From NCBI GenBank assembly GCA_030167865.1, contig JALAGF010004104.1, forward strand, positions 1-64,000: 64,000 nt of DNA. Direction: 5' to 3'. The stretch is from Craspedostauros australis. Taxonomy: Eukaryota. This document shows, in pieces, positions 11,959 through 25,300 of the stretch; the stretch's first letter is position 1, and every line of letters starts with the position of its first letter. A program made the position numbers and the translations under genes. The notes under the pieces were generated by a model that saw only the letters and a list, made by a program, of their open reading frames with translations, had not been told where the DNA came from and searched no databases.

Positions 11959-13521
11959 GATTGATGAATGACCAATGGACGGACGATCGATCGATCGATG
12001 GATTTGCTCGGCGGCCAATGACGGATTGACTGGTGGTTTCGATGCCATGTGCGTTGGTGGTTTCGGTTTGTGCAACGGCAGCAGCTCTTGCTTCACGAAC
12101 GATCGTGAGGAAGCACAGCGGGGATAGCAATATTCACGCGCCAATCCGAATGTGGTGCTTTCGAATGCGTAGAGCAGATCAGCCGTGTTGTGCAAGCATC
12201 ACGCCATGTCGTGCGAGCTATGATGTGATCGTATGGTACCAATAATACCAATCCAGTTGCGTGAGGTTGTGACATGTGTGTGTGTGTGTGTGTGTGGTTG
12301 GGAATGGTGTGCTGTGTGTAGTCTGTGTTGTTTCGCTGTGTGGTTCTTTCTGTCATGATGGTACCCGTGTCGCCACAGAGTACCACGGCAGTGATCAATT
12401 CGGTGTGTTGAAAGTTGAGTCGTATCATGGAATTGGAAGCTACGGTGGTTTATAATTTAATACATATAACGAATATGTGAATAGCGATTGTAACGGTTGC
12501 GGTAATATTAACAAACACAGGAGAATAGACTCTCTCTTTCCAAATGACACAAAGAGCACACGTGGCCATCTAACCGATGTTATTGCGTTCTCGTCATCTA
12601 TCACAAGAACAGGCGGAGGTGGGACCCAAACACATGACAACAACAGCACGCCGGCCTTCACACAACCTTCATGGCAACAACAACACTGAACTTGCAGGCG
12701 CGACACGACTCAGCCACGAACAGATACACAGGCCCAGACAAAGAGGAGAGGTGGAGAAACAGTGCAAAAGAACCGAACAGCAGCTGCTTCACAAGTCGCA
12801 CATCACACTTCTCGCGCTTCGGTCCTTGCTCGTCTCACATGATGCCAAGATACCACATCATGCTGTCCATCATCTCGCCGCGCGACACACATTGGATTCG
12901 CGCGATCTCATTGTAGTTCTGCGAATATTCGGAATGAATGATAGTCTCGGCGCATGCAAGGGGCGTTGGATCTGCCATGTGAAGCATATATATGTTAACC
13001 GCACAAACAACTGCATCGAGCGACATGGGAACGGCTGCGCACGGACCGATCCTCCTGATTGCATTTCAGAAACGCAAAGATGCCCACAAGACGACGTATA
13101 GCAGAGAACATCACATTTCCAGTCGGTGTTTGTGGTGGGCACGACTCCGGTTCGGCTTGCGCTGGAGATTGTGTCTCTTTGGAGCAGGCTCTTGCTCGCA
13201 CACACGCAGATTTTGCCATAGCCATCCAGTTGCGATAGTTGTTGCGCAAGAGCGCGATGGGACTTCAAGGAACAAACGACCGCTGACGGACAGGGACATC
13301 TTAATTGGAGAAAACCAAAGCGTGTGGAGAGATATCGACAACAGTACGCCATACTCGACTGGACTCGGGCTATGTTGGAGGTAATGCAGATAACGATGGC
13401 AACGGCTTCACAAGCAATCCCTGGAGATGTCAATCAGAAGGAGGAAACACCTGGTCACCTTTCCTCGACGTAGACCCTCGAGGCTAAATCGACGAGGAAG
13501 GTCGGTTTCCACATCATCTAT

Positions 13522-13525
<4 letters not shown>

Positions 13526-13556
<31 letters not shown>
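13526..13556. repeat. (TC)n microsatellite
   Basis: ~15 units. Confidence 0.95.
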
Positions 13557-13558
<2 letters not shown>

Positions 13559-14882
13559 ACGCGCACTTCGGCTCTCCTCCCTGTTTGGTTGTTCTGAAAC
13601 CGGTGTGTTGTTCCACTCGTCGCCAACGGCTTTTCCGTTCTGGGTGCGTTGGGCATTGGGCCTTTGGGTGGTTTTGATTCACCGTTGGCGAAATAGATTG
13701 GTCCACGGAATTTCTTTGTCGCTTCGTGTGCTGCTGATCGCAGCCGCAGTCGCGGACAACCGTGGTGCCAGTGGTGTTCACCATCGGTGGTGGAATCTCC
13801 CACATCATAACTGTCCCAACAACTAACGCCATTGATCGCAACAACTATCACAGAAAGCTTGTTCATCTCCACCAACACGGGCAAGCCACGCGACTTGTGC
13901 TCCACAGAATCCATATATTTGGCGATGGTTGTCGCTCGTTGGGAGAAAATGAACACCGCAGACACTATATATAGTGTCAATCATCGCACAACAGCTCGAT
14001 GTATATACTTGTGGACTTATCTTTGCACGTCTGTTTGTCGTGCAAGACACGAAAAGTCGGTACTATATGTCCAACGCCTAATAGTTTGTGGACCAACCCG
14101 TCACTCGGTACTTCGCCGATGATGGATATTCTGTTGGTCGAATCACCTGATGACGAGGCGTGACACAGTACGGGAACATACGCGAGACCGGATCCAAAAG
14201 CAAGCAAAAGCCTGGCAAAAAGACGTTGGATGCAAATCGACTGTAGCGAGGAAAGAGGGGCGGCAAGAAGTTGATGCGCCTCTGAGCATTGGGCCGCAAA
14301 TGCTAGAATCTCCCCCTCTCTCCATCATTCGTCGGCTCTCGCTCTCTTCCTCGCACCTCTCCACAGGTCTTCGATGGCATGAGGTTCCGACGAATCCTTT
14401 TTCGCGAATTCCTTCGCGCATGTTTCACGGCTCAGCGTCCGACAACAACCCCCCTCTCAATTCTGCCTGCCAACATTCATCGATCAATCAGACTCTCGTT
14501 CTCCGTCACCCGTTTTCAATCAGTTGACATCGCCTCCTTCCTTCGTCACATGGCAACACATCAGCTGCTCAGTTCTCCCGTTCGTCCGTGCATGGTATCA
14601 AACATCACTTATCACGCCGGACTCCCGATGATTAAACAGACGCGACCGAAGCCTTTGACACAACGATGAAACATACCGTGTGCTGCACCAACTAACCTTC
14701 GAACAACATCCCAGAGCATACTCGGTCCACCACGCACCCGAAGAAGCCAACGCAGCCCGCCGTGACTTCCTCGCAAGTCTACGACGGAATCACTGCTTTG
14801 GCGAGCTGTTCTCTTCACACTGCTCGACCGAGCTGCGGCAGCAAGGCTGACAGGACTACTGAATGCCAAAGTACGTCGGCAA

Positions 14883-17015
14883 ATGGCCAAACAATCAAGA
14901 ACTCCAACACTCGAACACTCCAACATCGACGCCGACCATCCGAGAAACCTGTCAAACACAAGGATCATGGCATGCTTCGGCAGTCGACCTATTTCTGGCA
15001 CAGTCGATACACTCTTTGACCTATTCAAAGATCCCAACTCCTCCAACTCCAGCAGCATCCGCGCAATTCCCCGATCCTCTACGATGGATGATTTGGGAGG
15101 CAAGTTCCACGATGTGGGGAGTACCACGCCTCTGGAAGAGCTCATCGGCAGTTCCATCGGATCGATCGACACCATTGAGACGATCGAAGTCACCACAGAG
15201 AGCAATCACGTTGACAACGGTGATGGGTGTGGCAACAATGTTCATTGTGCCGCGGCCAAAGCTGAAGCTGGCGCTACCACAGACAACCAATCTCGATCAG
15301 TTGGGAGGGCGCCCAATCCAGTGACATCCTTTGCCACTTACCCTCAACGAGACCCATCGCATGGTACCAATCATCGTCTGCGTCGCTTCCATCGGGAACA
15401 TCAGCGACAACATCAACATCAGCGACAGCACCAAGGGTTGAAACAGAACGAGCTGCACACATTCGAACTCGGTGGCCCAGTCGCTGACAACGCTATCACA
15501 AGTACGAGTACTGATACGGATCATGCAACGAGGAAGCGCAAGCCACCGGGCGACAAGGCCATGTTTGACGGACGATGCCAAAAGACAGGCGGCGTTGCTC
15601 ATTACGGTGACGTCAACAATCATAACGCAGGCCGAGAAGTGCCAACCATCATCGCGACGGTAGATGCCAACAATTCAAGCAGAGCAGCAGCCTCCGCATG
15701 TGGCTACACTGCTGACTTCGCTCCGTCCATTCACGCTGCGCCCATATCTGCACCGTGGCCGATGGCGCCCGATCGCTTGATGGGCAGCTCCCATCCTTTG
15801 TTGTACCAATACCAGGAACCAACACCTACTTTCCATGAATCACCTGTGATAGAACGTTCCACAAGTACGCAGCACGTCGACAGCAAGCTTTGTGATCTGG
15901 CTGCTGCTGCTACTGCTGCTGCTGGTGGTGGTGGACGGCAGGCAGCGGCTGCCTTCGTGTCGACGCCAGCAGCCGTGGCTACTCCGGCGCGACTAATAGC
16001 AAGAGTTCCCGAAAGATCAGCAATGTACTCTGAGGTCCAAACTAGAAGCGGGAAATCAGCTAGTCGCAAGGATAACACCGATGGCATTGATCGTGTTTCG
16101 CCTGGTGCTTTCAAGGTGACGGTGCCGTGCCAGAAAGGTGAAGAGAACAACGATTGCATCGCTGGTGCTGATGTTAGAATCGGTTCTTCCGTCGATCATC
16201 ATGACGAAGGTAAGCATTTCGCATCACGCTGGAACTATGGTAAGGGTTTGCAATCACTTCATCCTTTGCAGAACACCCTGCCCCGTACTCCAATAACAGC
16301 AATGCACCATGACAAGCGCCGAAAGGTCGCAGATCAACAACCCCCACGCCAAATCGATTTCATGCATGCATCTTCCATTCACTCGCATCCGCAGGATATC
16401 GCCAACAGCAATAACTCCGGCTCCAACATCAACGCCAGTCCACCTGTGGCAACAGACAAAAAAGAAGAGTCGACAATTCATTCCATGAAGCAAGTAAAGC
16501 CCAATGAATCCACGGAGTGCCCAAAGCCAACAGAGATGATGGGCCACACCAAGCGGAGCAAGACAACGGCTTCCAAAGGGACAAGGAAACCTCCCCCAAA
16601 GGAAAAGATCTTCGTTGACAAGACGGAGTTTGATGTACTCTCTGGTAGAGGCAGCGGTCCTGCCGAACACAAAGGCAACAGATGGTACAGAGAGCTCGTG
16701 GAGAAATACAAGCCGATCTACAAGAAAGAAGGCATCACCAAGTGTGAGAAGACAACAATAGCAGCAAAGATCGTTGATCAAGTCAAGCAACGAGGTGGGA
16801 GATTTCTCGAAAATGAGCCCAGCTCAGGATCGCAGACAGGTTCGGGACCCGGATCCGAGTCCGCTTCGAGAGTAGGAGGTCGCTGGTTCATCTCTCATGA
16901 CAAAACGGCGAGAGAGAAGGTATCTGCAGCCTTGAGGCAGGACAATACGAAGGAGTTCAATCTGGCCAAGCGCAAGAAGTACGAAGGCGACAACCGTAGC
17001 TGCAAGCGGCCGTGA
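14883..17015 (+). CDS. DUF6824-domain protein (diatom-expanded, putative DNA-binding)
   Basis: C-terminal DVLSGRG...HKGNRWYRELV...K..IAAKIVDQVKQRGGRFL...W......AREKVSAALR motif; long low-complexity N-terminus, start uncertain. Confidence 0.85.
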   Translation: MAKQSRTPTLEHSNIDADHPRNLSNTRIMACFGSRPISGTVDTLFDLFKDPNSSNSSSIRAIPRSSTMDDLGGKFHDVGSTTPLEELIGSSIGSIDTIETIEVTTESNHVDNGDGCGNNVHCAAAKAEAGATTDNQSRSVGRAPNPVTSFATYPQRDPSHGTNHRLRRFHREHQRQHQHQRQHQGLKQNELHTFELGGPVADNAITSTSTDTDHATRKRKPPGDKAMFDGRCQKTGGVAHYGDVNNHNAGREVPTIIATVDANNSSRAAASACGYTADFAPSIHAAPISAPWPMAPDRLMGSSHPLLYQYQEPTPTFHESPVIERSTSTQHVDSKLCDLAAAATAAAGGGGRQAAAAFVSTPAAVATPARLIARVPERSAMYSEVQTRSGKSASRKDNTDGIDRVSPGAFKVTVPCQKGEENNDCIAGADVRIGSSVDHHDEGKHFASRWNYGKGLQSLHPLQNTLPRTPITAMHHDKRRKVADQQPPRQIDFMHASSIHSHPQDIANSNNSGSNINASPPVATDKKEESTIHSMKQVKPNESTECPKPTEMMGHTKRSKTTASKGTRKPPPKEKIFVDKTEFDVLSGRGSGPAEHKGNRWYRELVEKYKPIYKKEGITKCEKTTIAAKIVDQVKQRGGRFLENEPSSGSQTGSGPGSESASRVGGRWFISHDKTAREKVSAALRQDNTKEFNLAKRKKYEGDNRSCKRP

Positions 17016-18804
17016 CGGTACACCAACCGCAGCATCAATTTAGGAATTAGAACAACCACGAAGGAAAAAAGGGTGCTGCTAGAGTAGCACAGAATAGTCA
17101 GAGTATCTGTTTGCCATTCGATGCGCACGTGTCACTTGGTTCGTGGTGTCCTGAAATCGCACAATGCTCTTGTGGCGAACAGGCTCATCTGTCCAGACGA
17201 GCACGCCGATTCGCAGTTTCTGCGGACAAAACAGCGCGCTTGCGGGGCACTCTCCTCGACCATACGTACCACCGCCAGCCGTCTCCTCCGTTCCCGAGTC
17301 GAGCAACACAATTGTCCGGCCTGCTGCCTTGTGCTGTGGATTGGTGATGCCGCCATTCTTATCCAGGGAAACACAAGCAGTGTGCACCATGACTGTGTGC
17401 AAAGTACTTCTCTGGTGCACGAGAGGTGCAATGCTGTGTGATGCCACGTGATGCCGCGTGCTGTGACGAAATGTCCATGCGAAATACACAGGAGAAAATA
17501 TCAGGACGGGATTGACCAGATGCGTGATTTGTGGACTGCGTCATCAGGATGGGACACAAAAGGAGCTGGCATATAGTAGAGAGCTAATCGCCATGAGCCT
17601 GTGTTGGAAGGAAATCGACCATGTTTGCGGGCTGATCCAGTCATCGAGATCCTCTTCGTACTGTAATTCATTCGCCGTGTGGGTGTCCAGAATTGATAGG
17701 AACGAATGGTCTGCGTAGGAGATGGAACGCACTATCATTGAAATGGATACGGCCTTGCTCCCCTCTCACGACACCGTCAAAGCTTGAGGATTCTGGGAGA
17801 CGACAGCGTCCACAGGGCTTACCTTTCGTCATAGAGGCTCGCAATTGCCCTCAACTCATTGCTGGATTCTCATTGTTGGTCGTTTTTGCGTTGATCAGTT
17901 GCGCCGCTCTTGCTGCGTTGATTGTTTGGGCTGAGTGTTGCGAAAGTTGTTTTGACACCGTTGCTTGTCCATGGTTGCTCGCCGTTGATTGTTGGTTATT
18001 CGTCCGCCCTTGCCCACCAATGATGTCTTGCTGCTTCTTGCTCCAGGCTCGCAGATCATCGATGCTTGATCGTCGATGTTGGATCATTCACCACCATCTA
18101 CCCGGACTTCGTCTGATGCCAATGCTGTTGTGCTGTCGTCGCCATCGTGGCCATCATGGGCATCGTAGTGAGTACGCCCAACCCACTGCGACCATACCGG
18201 CAAGCCTGGGACCAAATCTCGCATCATGGATGAAAGCCGAATGTGCTGGTGCGATCAGAGAGAATGGAACGGCGCGCGCTGATGGACGAGGTTAAGCTGA
18301 GTTGTCATGCCTACGACAACAAGCACGCGCGAAATGATTCCATTGCTCTTCTCTTCTTGTTCGAAAGACTGGGCACGTGGGCGTGATGTATGGTGGACCG
18401 TTGCTTCAGCGCCAATGGTAGATCTCTGCGTGCTCGTCGAGTTGTGACCTTCGTTGGTGCTGTGTCATTGTGTTTGTTTGGTTGCATGCGGAAGGCGGCG
18501 GAAGCAGCGTGGATCGATTTCCAGACGAGCGTGCCACTGCCTCGAGTTCCAGATTTTCAAATTGTCATAAACAACGTCTGTTTTCCTCGGTTTCGATGTG
18601 GTGACTGTTTGTCTCGAATCGGAATACTGTCTGCGACAAAAGCGACTTTCAAAAAGTCATGGACAGACAGACACGCTGTGACGCACACCCGCAGCTCCCC
18701 ATGTCATAGATTTTGGTACAGCAAGACACGAACAGAGCAAACCAGGGAACAAACTAAATTATATAATAGAATAGAGTAGCTTTAGTTACGGTCGAGTATC
18801 ATCA

Positions 18805-21800
18805 TTACATCGGGATCAAGGCCAGCACGGCGACAACGTATGCCCCGGTGGCGACGAGGATTCGTGAGAATTCCACTTGGGTCACTTCGTCCCTCGCGGG
18901 GATTTCATTGCCCGACTGGAATGCGACGATGAAGGAGAAATAGAACAGGAACAAGTCGGATCCTTTGATACCTGCAAATAGCGCGATGAGGAGGAATAGC
19001 AAGCCAATTCCGAGCTTGCCTGGTCTTCCGAACATCGCCATTGCCATACGCCCTCCGTCAGTGGCTGCGAGTTCGCAGGATCGGATCGTCGTCGCCATGG
19101 TACGTACCACAATGGTATCGCGCGGATCGGAACAGTTGAGTGGAAGTAGGACAACGCACGTGAGCAGAGATTCGATGAAGAAAAAAAAAATCAGAGCAAT
19201 GAAAGCAGTACTCGTAGAGGTCAGCGCGAGTCGCGAAGGCCAACTCCGACGAAGAATGCACCCAGCACCAATTGCTTCGATTGCAAAGGCAAGACACGAG
19301 CGATCAGCAAACACGGTCCCTGCAAGGATGAACGACACAGCGAACTTACTTCCGATCGGCAGCAAGGCCAATGCATTGATGAGCAACGAAATGAAGCCTG
19401 CGACAGCCACCGGGTGCAACGGGATGGTCATGCCAGCGATGGCCTGCGTCCCGATAGCCCCTTCTGGCACGCTGAGGACGCCGTTGCCGAGGATTGCATC
19501 GATGATGCCACCGCCCAGCGCGCTCTGTCGCAGAATGTCCAAGGGCAAGGCTGGCATGATTGCAGGATCAGAGACCATTGTGAGTTGCGAACCAACGAGC
19601 AAGGCGAACAGTGATCCCATCATCCCGCAAAGTGGACCGGAGATGGAAACATCGAACATGTCGTTTCGGTTCCTTGGGAGCGTTTTGAAAGTCGTGACGG
19701 CGCTTGTCACACCGGTGATCAAAGATGGCACCAAGGTTGGAATTGACAATTCGATCTGCGATTGTTGAAAGAGCCGATTTGAAGATGGAGCAGAAAGATG
19801 AGAGAGGACGCAACACGAAAACCACAATAAGAAACGAAGAAGAAAATTGCGGTGAGAACCTCCATGAAAATAACAAGGCACAAGGATATCGCGGTGGTGC
19901 TGTGTGATGCGGTGATTTTGGAACGCTTGGTCTGTTCTCTGAAAACAAAAATGCCACAATGCAATCAACACGCAGGATGATCGATGCTGATGCTGATACG
20001 TACGTTCTTGGTTGCTGCGGCGACCCTGTGGCCAGTTTCGTGCAGTACCTGCAGTCCGATGAATGTGACGAAGAGAGGTATGGACAGGTCCGTCAGCCAT
20101 GACAGGTCCGGCGTCATGCCAGCATCGACCAACGCAAGCTGCTCGTCGACCTTGCTGGAGAGGGTCGGATTGAAGAGGAACGGGAAGATGGAAAGGTACC
20201 AGGAGGTGGAAATTCCAAGGATGGTGGTGAGGGTCAGGGCCGTTCGGCGTCGCTCTCGGATGATGTCGTTGCCGACGACGTAGAGGAGTTTTGCGTCATC
20301 CATATTGAAACCGATATCCGATGTGACGTCGGGATCCACAAAGATGGAAAAATCGTTGGTGTAGAGGACGGTCATCTTGTCCTTGAGGGAGGATTTCTCC
20401 AGTTCGCTGTCGATGGAATCGATGAGAGCGCTGCCATCCTCGGTCTTGCTGCTTCCTCGTATGACGAAGCCTCCAAGCACAGGTTCGGGTTTCGAGGTTG
20501 CGGCGAATTGCGTCTTCGGGAGGATGTCCTGCGTGAATTTCTCAATCTCTGTCATCGTGGGGGAGTTGCCTTCCTTTCGGGTGCACGCGGGATAGAAGCG
20601 GTCGATCGTTTCATCCAATGCCGACGAATTGAAGGTCGAAAGAACCTCGATCATGGGCCCCACTTCGTTGCCGAAGGTGAGGTACTCCCCCAAGCCGGAG
20701 ACGTCGCTGACATTTCCACCGAACCCCGTGCGGAAATTGGAGAACGAGGCATCCATGCGCAGGGTTTGCAGCGCGATGGCATCATCGTCAGCATCGCTGG
20801 ACGATGCCTTGATGGATTCATAGATCCGCTTGTAATTTGGATTCTCCCGGAAGAGACGCTTGCGTTCCTCGATCTCTTCCTTGGCGAAATCTTGGTTGAG
20901 CGACACGAGGTCGTTCTTTTTTAGGTCGCTGAGGCGCATCGCCACCTCGGTCGTGTTGAGGTCGGCGATGGTGATGTAGTCCGTCTTCGTCATGCGTGCG
21001 AGCATTTGCTTCATGAATCCAGGCGAGGTCTCGATCGATGCAGCCAGCTCCTTGATTTCTTGCGGCGTCATGGGGGGCGAGTCGTTCTTGCCGGTGTCCG
21101 GCTTCATGATGAGCTCGTATTGTGTGTACGGATCGGCGGTCGGGATGCTGATGGGGGCGCCCTGCGGAGTGGCTGCAGCCTCCGTTTTGGAAGCATCGGG
21201 CGCCGGCGCTGGTGCCGGAGTGATTGGCTCTCCGCGCAAACGCTTCTGCAGGATGTCCATCTCACGTTCCAAGGCGTCGAGGTCTTTGGAGTCCTTGGAC
21301 TTGGCGACCGCCAGCTTCTTCTCCAGCTTAGCAATCTTTCCCAGCGTCAACTCCGCCTCCATGCGCTCAGCCTCGAGACGGGCCTTTTCGGCATCCGCTC
21401 GCAGACGCTTGGCTTCCTCCTCAGGCGACAGTTTCGCTCTGGCCCTTGCAGCAGGTGCAGCAGGTTCAACAGCAGCTGGTTCGATGTCAGCGGCTGGTTC
21501 GGGCTCCGCATGTGCCTCGAACGTCGCGACCGCGCTGGCTGCAAGCGCTTCGGCAGTACCATCAACCTCGGTGGTGGTGGTGGTGGATGAAGACAGTGTC
21601 GATGGCGTCGATGGCGTGGCTTGGCTGCTTGTGCTTGCAGGAACCACCTCATCCTTGCTGCTTCCGTCCTGCTTTGCTTCGCTCTCGTCCTTCTTCTTGC
21701 GCCAGAAGAAATGGAGCTGCGTGGCGCTGGCCTTGCGATCGCTCGGTGTCAACAATGGCGATCTTTGGGAAGGCGAGAACGCCCTGGACGCGGATCTCTG

Positions 21801-21887
21801 GGTGGAGAAGGCTTGCGTCGTCGTTGCTGCCGCAAGGCAGCACAGCAGCATCAGCCGCGCGGCCGCCGGTGTGCTCAGTCGGACCAT
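18805..21887 (-). CDS. EGY-like M50 (S2P) membrane zinc metalloprotease, plastid-targeted; exons 21887-20004, 19755-19350, 19064-18805
   Basis: HETGH (HExxH); GPLCG; NALALLPIGT|TDGGR (NxxPxxxxDG) formed across the intron; GT-AG introns; signal ending TQA-FS. Confidence 0.88.
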
Positions 21888-22346
21888 GGCAGAGTTGTCT
21901 AGGAGTGGGCAATACGGTCTCTCGGCGATCCGTTGTTCAATGATTGTGATGTCTTGGGGAGATGTGATGCTGAGGCGTGGCGTCAGGCGATCGAGAGACG
22001 TTGGAGTGGCTGCAAGTCCCGTTTGTTGCCTGTCGTCTCCTGTCGCAGTCGGCGCTCGCTTTGTGTCAACCACACGTCGCATTTGCGACACATCAAGGGC
22101 GAAAGATCCAACAGCGAACGTCTTCTGCGTTTTCGGTGTTGTTGTTGATTTGCTGACGTCACTTTGGACTCAGCCTCAACTTGGCATCACTCTAGCTTCC
22201 TCGATAGCCTGTGCTAACGGCAATCACCGTGTTGTTCTTTATGCTCGCACTAGAGTTAGACCATGCGCACTCTAATGCACCCTAATACACATAATAATAA
22301 TAGTAGTAGTGGTAGTAGTGCATAATACAGAGCCTTCAACTTCATT

Positions 22347-25300
22347 TTAGCACTTACTTCGATGTGTTGGCAGCAGTTGTTTCAAACACGCGAGTTGCGT
22401 GGTGTCCCGTTCACTCCTTGCAGTCTGTTGCCCTGCTGCGACACCTTCGCTGTTGAACTTGGACATGGAGACGGCCCTTTCTGCCCACTTCAGGGCAGTT
22501 TTGCTTCCCACGCTTCCTAGTCTGTCGATCGTCAGCTGCGCCATGCTTTCGGGTTCGTCAATGACGAGACCTGACGATGCGCAACCGTCGGTCAGCAGCC
22601 TCGTGAGACTTGCGACGTCCGTGACGCGCGGAACGGTGACAACTTCGTCAAAGACGGCGTTGAAACTTGCCAACGAGGACGAGGATGACACAGTGGCCAG
22701 AATTTGCAGGCGTCGAGGCCGGTTGCCGCCAGATCCCTTGCTGTGCCCACCGGCTCTCGCGCTCGTCGTCGTCGCGGGCGGCGAGCGCAGAAGGGCGCGC
22801 AGCGTCGCGATCATCACGCTGCTCATCCCGCTGGGGTTGTCCCCAGCGCATATCTGGTCCACATCGTCGATCACCAGCATCGACGTGGGCATCTGCGAAG
22901 CTTCCGTGAATCGATCGATCAGGGCGGTCGCTCGTGCCTGCTCATCCCCCGCATCCGCCGCGAGGTCCAACGATGTCACCAGACGAACGTAATCCGCTTC
23001 ACCCTTCGCCGAGGCCTCACTTGCGGCCCAGCACGCGAGGGCCGTCACTCCACAACCTTCGCCGCTGCCTTCACCCACCAACAGCATGGATTCGATGCGC
23101 GATTTGGTGTCATCGATTGGCAACGCGTTGGAGCTCGTGCATGTCAGCTGTTTCAGCGATTGCATCGTGCGTTGCATCTCTGCGGAGTACCTGCTGATTC
23201 CGTGCGGGAAGCGTCGAACGAGAACCTCGTCCTGCTTGCCAAGGGCTGGTCGCACTTCCATCAGAGCCTGTTCCAGATCGGCAACGGACACCATGCCGTC
23301 GGATGCATCTGATGCTTCAGTTCCAGCGTCAGCATCGGCGTCAATAGCTGTGCCATCGCCGTTGCTGGATTCGACTGTTCTGGCAAGCGCAAAGCTCGCT
23401 GCGCTTCGGACGAGTCCTGCTAGCTCAGCCCCTGTGAAATGCTCTGTCATTGCCGGTATGCCCCCATCGGTGAGATTCTCCAGCTGCTGCATAGCATCCA
23501 GACTCAACCCACCCGCTTCCTTCATACGCCGTGTGTGGATGCGCAGAATATCACGCCTGCCTGCAACGTCAGGCAACTCCACGCGCAGCTGCACCTCCAA
23601 ACGCCCAGGGCGAAGCAGCGCAGGATCCAGAAGTTCGGGTCGGTTGGTCAAGCCAACGACCAGGACGTTGTTCGCTTCCTTCACGCCGTCCATCTTTGCC
23701 AACAGCTGGTTCACGACGGAATCTCTCACCCCCGTCGAATCACCCGTGACCGTGCCACGCTTACGTGCAATGGCATCCATCTCATCCAGGATGATGACGT
23801 GCAGGGCGGACGCATCTCCCACCTGCGCATACTCCACCTCGGCAGGTGCAAACAGAGCACGGATGTTCTTTTCCGCCTCTCCGACGAACTTGTCCAAAAT
23901 CTCCGGCCCGTTCACGATCTGCGGTTCCCGTGCTCCCAGCATCCGAGACAGCTCCCGTGCCAGCAGCGTCTTACCGCATCCTGGCGGACCGGAAAGCAGA
24001 ATTCCTCTCACGTGGCTCACCCCCAACCTCCGGGCGGCTTCGGGATTTGCTCTGGTGGTCGCCAATGTAAGTGGAGCACGGTGTACAGTGTGCAGATGGA
24101 AGATATGTATGGTCGCGCGTAGTGGAATGCAAAATGGTGCGTTCGCAATGAGATCGTGCACATACAATGTGTACCAGGATGGCAAAGATTGCCAGTGTAT
24201 GGAAAACAGCAATCCAAAGCACGATGCGATCGCAATACATGCGAACAATCAAGCCTCATTTGAACGATTGTGCATGGCGCAGGCAGCTTCAACTCACCGT
24301 GATGCCAACACTCGACGAACAATGGCATTGAGCTGATCATCGAGACCTCCGACTTTGTCGAATGTCAGACCCATCTTGGCGCCCAGATTTGAAGCCTGCG
24401 CAGCACCATCCTCGCCAGGAACGCCGGCTTCTCCGTCTGCCTGATCACCATCGCTGTGTCCGTCGGCTTCTTCTGAGATTGCATCGTCAACGACTGGCAA
24501 GGCCATGGTGAGGAACCGATTGGGATCGTCCAAGATTTGAATCTCGCTGGAATCTTGACCATCGCCGTCCATCTGCTTTGTGCCAACCGGCGGACGCACC
24601 ACCGCTTCCAACAGTGTAGTTCTGCCGCTCTTCCCGCTGTAACTCCTCAATGCTCCACCCACGTACTTGACGCAGTCTTCTCCACCAAAGGAATCGCCTC
24701 CTCCTCCCAGCGTTCCATCCCCGCCACCTCTGAGAGACTTCTTCGTCGCCTTCGTGTAGAACCCGTCGCGGTTAGGTCCCCTCAACATGCTGATCTCAGA
24801 AACCCCGGTCAATGCTTTGACAACGGCCCACGATCCTGTGGGCCAGCGGCCATTCCATTCTTCGTCTGGTGGCAGAACATGGAGGATGATGTCCCAATAC
24901 TCGCCACCATCCAACCGATACCGTCCTGGCGGCGGTGAGCTGTCATCGTCATCGTCTCCAGTGTTGGCTGTCAGTTCGTCGTAGGCACCACTGGCCAAAC
25001 GGACGCAATCCATGACTTCCTGCAGAGATTCCATGGCATCATCATCCACCCAGCGACCCCATTCGAATCGAAAAGCATCGTGCGCCCCGTTGGCCGTCTC
25101 TGCACCACACGGAATGGACGCCGTCTTCGTCGCCTCGAACAGATCCTCCAATTTGAGTTCGGTGTCGGTGTTGTCATCGTTGCTCTTTCCGCCTTCGTCT
25201 GCCTCAGAGTTCTTATCTCCAGTGGCCGGAATCGATGCATGAGATTGTGTTGACTTGGAGGCTGGCGGTGTAGTCATGCGCTGTACTACAACAGATCGGT

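Larger units (their letters stand above)
7584..12345 (+). repeat. left arm of long inverted repeat (visible extent; may extend further left)
   Basis: Reverse complement of 59270-64000. ORF coordinates mirror with sum 71584 (e.g. 9916/61668, 8056/63528); window end 64000 maps to 7584. Confidence 0.97.

Noticed and set aside
7584-12345. Inverted repeat as terminal inverted repeats of a giant transposon (Polinton/Maverick-type or similar)
   Set aside because: The arms contain ordinary host genes, and no transposase, integrase, polymerase or capsid ORF is visible in the spacer; outer ends and target-site duplications cannot be seen
12400-14850. ORFs of 130-190 aa between the repeat edge and the DUF6824 gene
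   Set aside because: No motifs, overlapping in conflicting frames, and one crosses a microsatellite
20992-24336. + strand ORFs of 427 and 416 aa
   Set aside because: Antisense to the EGY-like and NSF-like genes
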